64,000 nucleotides of DNA from assembly GCA_020848275.1 (NCBI GenBank), contig JADLAK010000077.1:7606-71605 (forward strand). Reading direction: 5' to 3'. The notes under the pieces are model-generated. The model had not been told where the DNA came from. It worked only from the letters and a program-made list of their open reading frames with translations, and did no database searches. The stretch's first letter is position 1. Each line of letters starts with the position of its first letter. Below, in pieces: positions 36,668 to 43,962 of this stretch. The DNA comes from Planctomycetota bacterium (GTDB lineage: Bacteria; Planctomycetota; UBA8742; UBA2392). A program made the position numbers and the translations under genes.

Positions 36668-37114
36668 CTACTTCACGCCGTGTGACGCCTTCAGCGCCGC
36701 CCAGTCCCCATTGCGATCTTCCTTGAGGCTGACCAGTCCGTATCCGAAGTCGTCTTCAATACTTTTCTTGAGTGACTCGTACTCAAGCTTCGCCTTTTCG
36801 TTACCGTGCAAATAGATGTTGAATTCCTCGATGACGGTGAAAGCGTCGGTTATCCCTTCCAGGGATAGCAGGGCGTCAACGACGCCCGTGGCTCAGCCGC
36901 CTCAGTCCATGCCGGTGATGCCCAGGATATAGATGACATCCTTGCTTGTCGGCTTAGGCGGTTTGGGCAGGGGTTCGGGCGTCGGCTCGGGCTCGGGTTT
37001 TTCGACGCCGCCGCCTCCTTTGCGGAACTCGATGGGCGTCAGGTCTTCAACGGTGATCTGGCAGCCCGCGATCAGGAACGCGATTGAAGCCAGCAGCGAC
37101 AAACCGTGCTTCAT
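36668..37114 (-). CDS. HMA-domain lipoprotein, putative selenoprotein with two in-frame TGA (GMD-U-GG-U), 148 aa
   Basis: Lipobox LIAGC and Pro-rich linker, then IYILGITGMD*GG*ATGVVDALLSLEGITDA. TGA at 36902-36904 and 36893-36895. The frame stays open to TAG 36668-36670. AAGGA RBS. Confidence 0.88.
36851..36887 (-). promoter_or_regulatory. Candidate bacterial SECIS hairpin pair
   Basis: Two perfect 7-bp stems right after the UGAs: GGGCGUC-GUU-GACGCCC and UAUCCCU-GGA-AGGGAUA. Confidence 0.65.
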
Positions 37115-37126
37115 GGCCGGATTCCT

Positions 37127-38002
37127 TTAAAAGACGTACGAGAACATAAGCATGGCTTCGCCCTCGTGCACGAACTGCTTGCCGAAGTGATAGTGGTAAA
37201 GCGGCAGCATCACGCCGAATTTCACCTCGAAATCGTTGTTGATGTTCATCTGGAAGCCAATGGCCGCCTCAACTTCATAAAAGCCGCTGTTTTCATCGCG
37301 ATCGCCGTCCATCTCGCCCTGGGCGCGCGCTTCAAAATCCATTTCAACGAGCAGGATCATGTCGAAGTCGCGGTAGTTCTTGATCTCCCACAGACGATGG
37401 CCATAGGCCATGTGGGTCTTGAACCCTGGCCCCTCGCCGGAATCGGAGCGGCGCGTCGACCCATAACCTGCCAGGTCTATCCAGAAATAGTGGCGTGTAG
37501 TGCTGGTTTGCGCGGTCAGGCCTCCCATGAACGTAAAGGTTTCGTCGCCAAGGGAAGGGCCGTCGACGCGTTTTTTTGCGGTAGGCAGTTCGGCCCGGAC
37601 AAACCAGCCCGCCTGCGAACTTCCGCCGGGGTATGGATGGTAAAGGAAGCGGTACTTGGCGCTGATCTCGGCGTTGCCCGGCCCGTAGTAACTTTCGCGA
37701 TCGTCTTTGGACCACTCAGATACGTAAGTGACAGGAAACTCAGCCTTGAGCGACCAGTCGCGCGAAATGCCCCAAGTAAAACCCGGCATGACCATGTGCT
37801 CAAATCGCCGCAGGTCACGCGGGTTTTCGTCGGGATTGTCGCCGCTGAAAAAGCGATAGGAGTACTCGAACATCTGCTCGACTTCGACCTCGAAGCCGTT
37901 GGTCCAGATCGTGCGCGGCGTCAGCCCAAACATGGTCTCGTGCGCATACGCGCCGCCCGCAAAGATCGCCAGCAAAAGCCCGATAATGCTCAGTTGTTTC
38001 AC
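37127..38002 (-). CDS. Putative outer-membrane beta-barrel ('transporter'-like) protein
   Basis: GTG start with AAGG RBS, signal peptide (AYA|HETMF), alternating amphipathic beta-strand pattern and C-terminal Phe (LMFSYVF). Confidence 0.7.
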   Translation of the reverse strand: MKQLSIIGLLLAIFAGGAYAHETMFGLTPRTIWTNGFEVEVEQMFEYSYRFFSGDNPDENPRDLRRFEHMVMPGFTWGISRDWSLKAEFPVTYVSEWSKDDRESYYGPGNAEISAKYRFLYHPYPGGSSQAGWFVRAELPTAKKRVDGPSLGDETFTFMGGLTAQTSTTRHYFWIDLAGYGSTRRSDSGEGPGFKTHMAYGHRLWEIKNYRDFDMILLVEMDFEARAQGEMDGDRDENSGFYEVEAAIGFQMNINNDFEVKFGVMLPLYHYHFGKQFVHEGEAMLMFSYVF

Positions 38003-38016
38003 GCGGCACCTTTTCC

Positions 38017-38478
38017 TTACTTCGACCTTGCACCGACCGTCTTGCGCACTCCCTTGGGGTGATCCTCGCAACACGACTTGCCCTCAAGGTCCTGAAGGAT
38101 ATTGCAGTCTTTGACGCTCGCCGCGCCGCCGGGGCAGTGCTCCACCAGTTCCTTCAAGTGATTGCGCATCTGGTGCAGCAGCGCAATCTTGCCCTCGATC
38201 TCGGCCAGCTTGCGTGCGGCCACTTCACTGATGTCGCCGCAGGTCGCGATGTTCGAGTCGCGCAGGAAAAGCAGTTCGTGGATTTCCTTGAGTGTGAAGC
38301 CGACGTCCTTGGAGCGCTGGATGAACCGCAGGCGCTCGGCGTCATGTTCGCTGTACAGGCGGTGGCCGCCCGAGGTGCGCTCGGGCTTGGGCAGCAAGCC
38401 TTCGCGCTCGTAGAAACGAACGGTTTCAATGTGGACTCCCGCGGCGGTGGCAAGCTTGCTGACGGTCATGGCGTTCAT
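38017..38478 (-). CDS. merR: MerR-family metal-responsive regulator (three-Cys MerR/ZntR/CadR type)
   Basis: HTH GVHIETVRFYEREGLL. Cys80, Cys115 and Cys125 match the MerR Cys82/117/126 pattern. Extra CCEDH tail. Confidence 0.88.
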   Translation of the reverse strand: MNAMTVSKLATAAGVHIETVRFYEREGLLPKPERTSGGHRLYSEHDAERLRFIQRSKDVGFTLKEIHELLFLRDSNIATCGDISEVAARKLAEIEGKIALLHQMRNHLKELVEHCPGGAASVKDCNILQDLEGKSCCEDHPKGVRKTVGARSK

Positions 38479-38496
38479 GGCGAACCTCGTATGAAA

Positions 38497-38527
38497 AGTC
38501 TATCTCCGTAGCTTACTACGGGTTCAA
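38497..38527 (-). promoter_or_regulatory. mer-type promoter/operator: -35 TTGAAC, 19-bp spacer containing dyad CCGTAG-TAAG-CTACGG, -10 TAGACT
   Basis: The minus strand reads TTGAAC CCGTAGTAAGCTACGGAGA TAGACT. Classical PmerT is TTGACT CCGTACATGAGTACGGAAG TAAGGT (same spacer length and dyad). Confidence 0.88.
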
Positions 38528-38564
38528 GTGGAATACACGGAAGTCGAAATTGAGGAAGCATCAT

Positions 38565-38634
38565 GTGGCTTGGGCACCCCCGCCCAAGCGAAACGTGATT
38601 GGCGCCTCGGCATAGGCGAGGGCGCCCATGCCAC
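38565..38634. repeat. REP-like doublet (GTGGC[A/T]TGGGC...GCCCATGCCAC family)
   Basis: gtggcttgggcacccccgcccaagc ... ggcgagggcgcccatgccac. A related element lies at 58108-58178. Confidence 0.45.
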
Positions 38635-38742
38635 CACCGCAAAACGAAATGTCTCGCGAGTGTTCGCCCGTTGACGATTCGCTCGACCGCCGCTACTTTC
38701 TCGCGTCCGGACAAGCAGGGGTCTGTTCTGAGCTTGTCAAAG

Positions 38743-38818
38743 GGTCAGGTAGCTCAGTTGGTAGAGCAGCGCATTGAAAATGCGCGGGTCGCTGGTTCAA
38801 GTCCAGTCCTGACCACCA
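38743..38818 (+). tRNA. tRNA-Phe(GAA)
   Basis: Acceptor stem GGTCAGG/CCTGACC with ACCA end, D-arm AGCTCAGTTGGTAGAGC, anticodon arm GCGCA-TTGAAAA-TGCGC and T-loop GGTTCAAGTCC. 76 nt. Confidence 0.97.
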
Positions 38819-38829
38819 TCTTCAAACAC

Positions 38830-38864
38830 AATGGGTGCGCGTTCGCCGCACCCATTTTGTTTTT
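38830..38864 (+). terminator. Rho-independent terminator after tRNA-Phe
   Basis: AATGGGTGCG/CGCACCCATT stem followed by a T-rich tract. Confidence 0.8.
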
Positions 38865-38898
38865 CGCGCGCCCCGCCGCTTCGTTTACGCGCGCCTTT

Positions 38899-39954
38899 TT
38901 ATTTCGGCGCCTTGGCGCGTTCGATTTCGGCCACGGCGTCGGCCTTTTCGCGCGCGTAGATTTCGCGCAGGCCGCGGTCACTGGCGATGTTGCGCTCGAC
39001 TTCAGCGTGGATGGCCTTCACTTCGTCGCGCGTGATCTTCAGGACGCTTTCACTGAAGACGTCGGACGTCATCAGCGCCCGCGCCAGCGTCCGCACCGCG
39101 AAGGTCAGCGGCAGCGCGCAGAACAGCCGTATATCGCGCTCCAGCGGCGGCACCGACAACGTGTATTCCAGCGCCTCGTCGAGCCACAGCAGCGTCTGCT
39201 CGCACAACCCCGCGACGACTTCGCGGCCGCGCGGGTCATTCGGGTTGTCGATCAGCGTCTGCAACTCGATGCCCGAACGTTTGAAGAGGCTGCGTGGAAC
39301 GTACGTAACGCCGCGCTCGATGTCGTCCGTGACGCCTTTAATGATGTTTGTGACCTGCAGGCCGAGGCCGAAACTTACCGCATACCGGTCGAGTTGCTTG
39401 CGCACCGCGGGCGTCACCGACGCCCGGTCGAGCGCGAATTCGTTGGTCAGCAGCATGCCGACGGTGCCCGCGACGTAGTAGCAGTAGCGGTGCAGGTCCT
39501 CCATGTTCTCGAGTTTCAGGCCCTCGCCGCGCAATTCGCGGTCGACCGTCGCCGCCATGCCCTCCGCCATCTCGACAAACGAGCGCTTCATCGCGTCGCG
39601 TGCCCCGGGCCGAAACGCGTGCAGCGCCTTGAACACCGTGGTGGCGTGGCGACACAGGTCGTGGTCTTGACCGGCCAAGGCCTTATCCGCGAACATTTTT
39701 TCGATCTCTGCCGCCAGCATCGGCCAGTTGTGCGGGTCCAGGATCGATCCCGGCACGGCTCTCAGCAGCGACGCCCGGGCCTCCGCCGGCAGGCTGGTCG
39801 TGTCCTCGATGGTGTCGAGAATGCGGCAGATCAGATAGGCCACGCCGATCTCGTCGCGCAGCGGCTCCTTGAGCAGTTCAATGCCCAGGGCAAAGGTGCG
39901 GCTGACGGCGGGAAGCACGCCGCGGCAGTAATCTCGGGTGGCGATATCGAGCAT
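38899..39954 (-). CDS. Squalene/phytoene synthase family (single-enzyme squalene synthase type)
   Basis: VSRTFAL, YLICRILDTIED, YCYYVAGTVG, FGLGLQVTNIIK and FCALPL. Confidence 0.88.
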   Translation of the reverse strand: MLDIATRDYCRGVLPAVSRTFALGIELLKEPLRDEIGVAYLICRILDTIEDTTSLPAEARASLLRAVPGSILDPHNWPMLAAEIEKMFADKALAGQDHDLCRHATTVFKALHAFRPGARDAMKRSFVEMAEGMAATVDRELRGEGLKLENMEDLHRYCYYVAGTVGMLLTNEFALDRASVTPAVRKQLDRYAVSFGLGLQVTNIIKGVTDDIERGVTYVPRSLFKRSGIELQTLIDNPNDPRGREVVAGLCEQTLLWLDEALEYTLSVPPLERDIRLFCALPLTFAVRTLARALMTSDVFSESVLKITRDEVKAIHAEVERNIASDRGLREIYAREKADAVAEIERAKAPK

Positions 39955-40224
39955 AGTGAGGGGGCGGAGTATACCGGCGGAGAGGCCGGTAATGGAGAGC
40001 CCTGTTGAACGTCCGGGAAAAGAGGCAAAAAAGTGCCGCGAAATGAAGCAAATTGACAAAAAAATCGTTGTGCGATGGCGACAAGAAAGACGAAAGTTGA
40101 CAGAAGGTAACGCGCTGGTAGCGTTTAAAGATTGTCCGATGCTTGAGTAATGTGAGACGTGGGCAGTAGTCTGGAGTAGCCCGGAATGCCCGATACAGAG
40201 GTCCGATCCAAGGGCGGTGCAGCC

Positions 40225-40974
40225 ATGGTCGTTAAGTTCGCCACGGCCACCGACGTTGGGCTACAGCGAAAAAACAACGAAGATTGCAGCGTGGTGTTGA
40301 ACGATGCGAACTTCTGTGCCGTCGCCGACGGCATGGGTGGCCATTTGGCCGGTGAAATCGCCTCGCACATCGCCATCGAAACTCTTGTCGCGGCCTTCAA
40401 AGACCACAACGGGTCGGTCGGCAACAACGAGCGCAAGGACGCCGAGCTGCTCACCAAGACCATCAAGGCCGCCAACCGTGAGATCTACCGGCGCGGCAAC
40501 GCCGAGGCTGCCCTGCGCAACATGGGCACCACCATCGTCGCCGCTGTCGTTATTTCCGATTACGTGGTGACGGCCAACGTGGGCGACAGCCGCATTTATC
40601 GCCTGCGCGACAACGACTTCACGCAGGTGACGGAAGACCACTCATGGGTGGGCGAGTTGCGCAAGAAGAACCTGATTTCGGCCGAAGACGCCCGCACCCA
40701 CCCGCTCAAGAACATCATCACTCGCGCATTGGGCATGGAGCCGGCGGTCGAAGTCGACGTGCGCTGGGACAAGGTCAAGCCCGGCGACGTTTACCTGTTG
40801 TGCTCTGACGGCCTGACGGACCTGGTGCCCGACGACGAGATCAAGGGCGTCATGCTCAAGCACAAGGGCGACCTGACGGCGATGGCTCAAAACCTGATTG
40901 CCGAGGCGAACTCGGCCGGCGGCAGCGACAACGTGACGGTCGGGCTGGCCCGCGTCGACGAAGTGGCGAGTTAA
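40225..40974 (+). CDS. PP2C-type Ser/Thr protein phosphatase (Stp1/IreP family)
   Basis: TDVG..RKNNED, AVADGMGGH, ANVGDSR, LLCSDGL and GGSDNVT. Confidence 0.93.
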   Translation: MVVKFATATDVGLQRKNNEDCSVVLNDANFCAVADGMGGHLAGEIASHIAIETLVAAFKDHNGSVGNNERKDAELLTKTIKAANREIYRRGNAEAALRNMGTTIVAAVVISDYVVTANVGDSRIYRLRDNDFTQVTEDHSWVGELRKKNLISAEDARTHPLKNIITRALGMEPAVEVDVRWDKVKPGDVYLLCSDGLTDLVPDDEIKGVMLKHKGDLTAMAQNLIAEANSAGGSDNVTVGLARVDEVAS

Positions 40975-41188
40975 CAATCCCTTCATTTTGAGATGACCGC
41001 GGCGCAATAATGCGTCGTTTTGCGTTTTTCGGGCAGAATTGCTGTCCCGCAACCGTTTTTGATGCGTAACGATTAGGGCTGTGGATTCATTAAGTTACGG
41101 TCAACGCTTCCCTGACAGCTTCACTCCGTTACGGGAAGTCGTACTATGATGAGCCGCACTTTTCTTAGTCCGCGGTGACGAGGCCTCG

Positions 41189-43813
41189 ATGTCGAACATT
41201 GTTTTCCCCTGTCCCGCCTGCGGGACAAAATACAGCGTACCGCCCCAGCACGGCGGCAAGACCACAACGTGTAAAAAGTGCGGCGCCCAGATGGCCGTGC
41301 CTGTCCCGGCCGGAGTGACCGCGACTATCGCGGGCAGCACGCGCACCATCCGCCGCTCCGATATCGAGGAGGCGGCCAGGCCGATCGCGCAAAAGGAAAC
41401 CAAACAGATCGTCAAGAGGTCGCCGACCGTCGAGGTCGCCGCGCCGCCGACCAAACGCACAGTGCAGGTCGACATGCAGGGCGGCGAGTCCGTTATGCGC
41501 AAAGAAGCCGCACCCCAGCAGACCCCGCCGGTGTCCGGCTCGCGCTTCACCACGCCCCGCAAGGGCAACACGGCGATGGTTGCCCCGCCGCCCGTGGCCA
41601 CGCCAAACCGCGTCGCGCCGCCACCGCCGGTTCAGCGTGGCGCGCCGCCGCGCGTGGGCGCTCCCGGCCGTCCCGCGCCGCGGTCGATGTCTCCCGGCGG
41701 CCAGCTGCAGGTGAGCGCGCCGAAGAAGAAATCCAACGGCCTGATGATCGGCGGCATTATCGGCGGCGTCGTGCTGGTCGGCGCGATCATCGGCATTGTC
41801 GTGATGAGCCCCAAGGGCGGTGCGCCGGCGACCAACAACAGCACCGCGGACGGGACGAAGTCCAACAGCGGCGGTCCCAAGCTCGAGGGCGACAAGGCGT
41901 TGCTGGCGCAGCTTGACCGCGAGATCAACGAAAAGTCGTCCCTGCCGATAGCGCAGGTGCGCGCGAACTTCCAGGAGTGCAAGAAGCGCAAGGACAACCC
42001 CGACTTCAAGACGCGCCTGAGCGTGTGGTCCGAAGAACTGCGCAAGCGTGCGCTCAAAGACGGCGGCGCGGCCGATGTCTACGATATTGCGGTCAATGAA
42101 CTTGAACCTGAGGGCGTCAACGTCTCGGAGCTGATCGCGCGCGCCTTCAAGGAACTCGACGCCGGCGAATCAGTCACCGTGACCACCGCCGACGGCAGCC
42201 AGCGCCGCGTGTTCCGTGAGGACTACCGCTTTGCCGACGCGGCCAAGAGACTGGGCTACGTGAAATACGACACGCCCGACATCTTCGTGCGCAACTACAG
42301 CCAGTGGGGCTTCCCGGAGTACAAGACTTACGAGGTAGAGCTCGCCAATATCCGCGCGGATGCCAAGGGCGATTACATCGCGCCGGACAAGCTCGGCAAA
42401 CTGCGCGAGCTTGAAGGCGCGGTCACCAAGGTTGGCAAGGCGCTGCAAGACCAGCACGATAAAGACGGCTTTGCCATTAACGCGCGCATGGCCTTCAACC
42501 GCTTCCTTGACGCCAACCGTGGCGGCACGCGCAAGGAGCGCATGTTCGAGCCCAAAGTGCTCGGCCGCGAGGGCGAGACGGTCGAGGAGTGCTGGACCTA
42601 CGCCTACTACAAGCCCTTCATTGTGCTGATTGAAAAGTCCTCCAGCGCCGACGACGAAGAAACCAGGCGCAACATCGAGAGCAAACGCAACCTGCTCTAC
42701 CAGCTCTGGACGTGGTTCGACAACAACATCCGCAAACCCTTCAAGCTCCAGCGGCAGCGCCCCATGGGCAACGGCGCACTGGCCGAGCGCGAGGGCTGGC
42801 CCATGCAGCTTGTCGTGCTCAAGGACGGCGAAACGTTTGCCGAGTTCGTCTCGCGCAGCAACCCCGGCATGGCGGGCCTCGCCCGCGCCTGGTACCAGCG
42901 CTGGGACGACCGCAAGATCAAGGACGTCGACGATCCGCCCGAAGACACCGTCCTGCCCGATATGGAAATGGTGCTCACCTACGACGAGCCCAGCATGCGC
43001 GACCCGGCCAAGGAGTGGTCCAACGACTCCGTGCTGGTGCACGAGACTTTCCACATGTTGTCAGACTTCTACGGCGCCAACCCGCAGACCTTTGCCGACT
43101 TCCTTAAAGCGCCCAACTACACCAGCATTCTCATCCAGGAGGGCCTGACGGAGTTCATCGCCGGCTTCGAAAAACGCGGCCAGGGCCCCGACGCCCAGTA
43201 CACCTTCTGCAAGCAGAACCACCTGCGCCTTGCCGCTTTCCAGGGCACGTATAAGACGTTGAAGAAGAAGCTGCTTTACCGCATTCAGGATTTGCTGCGC
43301 ACGCCTGATTACGGCGCCGCAATCAGGATCGCCTATGACCGCTGCGACCAGTTGAAGATCCAATGGCTCAAGCGCATCGGCTCCCAGTTCCTTGGGCTGT
43401 ACTACGAAAGCGCATGCCAGGCCGCCCACTTTTTCAGCGAGTACAAGGACGAGGCGGGCAATTATCCCTACCGCGAGAAGTGGTGGAAGCTCGTCGAGAT
43501 GGACTATACCGGCACGCTGGAACTCACCAGCCGCGACCCGGAGCCCGTGTTCATCAAGGTGAAGGAACTGTTCGGGATCAAGGATGACTCCGACTGGGAC
43601 AAGATGAACAAACAGTTCGTCGACTTCACCATGGCGCTGACGCCCGAAGATGTCGGCGAAGTGCTGGAGCCCGTGGTCCCTGACGAAGGTGGCGAAGGCG
43701 GTGGCGGCGACGACAAGGACAACAACATCCCGCCCTATCGGCCCTCGGAACAACGCCAGTCAGCGATTTTGCCCGCGCAAAGCCCCGGTCAGGACCGGCA
43801 AAAGGCTGCGTAA
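41189..43813 (+). CDS. Membrane protein: N-terminal Zn-ribbon, Pro-rich linker, TM helix, extracytoplasmic HExxH (gluzincin-like) domain
   Basis: CPACG...CKKCG, a TM near residue 190, and VLVHETFH ... EGLTEF. Confidence 0.7.
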   Translation: MSNIVFPCPACGTKYSVPPQHGGKTTTCKKCGAQMAVPVPAGVTATIAGSTRTIRRSDIEEAARPIAQKETKQIVKRSPTVEVAAPPTKRTVQVDMQGGESVMRKEAAPQQTPPVSGSRFTTPRKGNTAMVAPPPVATPNRVAPPPPVQRGAPPRVGAPGRPAPRSMSPGGQLQVSAPKKKSNGLMIGGIIGGVVLVGAIIGIVVMSPKGGAPATNNSTADGTKSNSGGPKLEGDKALLAQLDREINEKSSLPIAQVRANFQECKKRKDNPDFKTRLSVWSEELRKRALKDGGAADVYDIAVNELEPEGVNVSELIARAFKELDAGESVTVTTADGSQRRVFREDYRFADAAKRLGYVKYDTPDIFVRNYSQWGFPEYKTYEVELANIRADAKGDYIAPDKLGKLRELEGAVTKVGKALQDQHDKDGFAINARMAFNRFLDANRGGTRKERMFEPKVLGREGETVEECWTYAYYKPFIVLIEKSSSADDEETRRNIESKRNLLYQLWTWFDNNIRKPFKLQRQRPMGNGALAEREGWPMQLVVLKDGETFAEFVSRSNPGMAGLARAWYQRWDDRKIKDVDDPPEDTVLPDMEMVLTYDEPSMRDPAKEWSNDSVLVHETFHMLSDFYGANPQTFADFLKAPNYTSILIQEGLTEFIAGFEKRGQGPDAQYTFCKQNHLRLAAFQGTYKTLKKKLLYRIQDLLRTPDYGAAIRIAYDRCDQLKIQWLKRIGSQFLGLYYESACQAAHFFSEYKDEAGNYPYREKWWKLVEMDYTGTLELTSRDPEPVFIKVKELFGIKDDSDWDKMNKQFVDFTMALTPEDVGEVLEPVVPDEGGEGGGGDDKDNNIPPYRPSEQRQSAILPAQSPGQDRQKAA

Positions 43814-43836
43814 CAGGTAAGTTCGGTGCAATACCC

Positions 43837-43864
43837 AAACGGGGCCGGCTGCCGGCCCCGTTTT
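43837..43864 (+). terminator. Rho-independent terminator
   Basis: AAACGGGGCCGG/CCGGCCCCGTTT followed by T's. Confidence 0.8.
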
Positions 43865-43962
43865 CTGTCTCTGAAACTAACCTATGATCGGTGTTACTGT
43901 TATATACTGCATTGTTCGATCCAAAACCGCGGCGTGAGTCGGGGTTGTTCGGATAGACCCAA

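Noticed and set aside
36189-37114. Interpretation of the two TGA-interrupted HMA genes as pseudogenes or as four small ORFs
   Set aside because: All four stops are TGA at the exact CxxC positions in two diverged genes. Frames, RBSs and downstream HMA residues are intact, and there are no other lesions.
36189-37114. Alternative genetic code (UGA = Trp or Gly)
   Set aside because: TGA is used as a normal terminator elsewhere in the window (e.g. 6797-6799 and several ATGA overlaps), and Trp/Gly would not fit the metal-binding motif.
38743-38818. tRNA-Phe as tRNA-Sec or as an island attachment site
   Set aside because: It is a 76-nt tRNA with a GAA anticodon and short variable loop. I saw no duplicated 3' end and no integrase.
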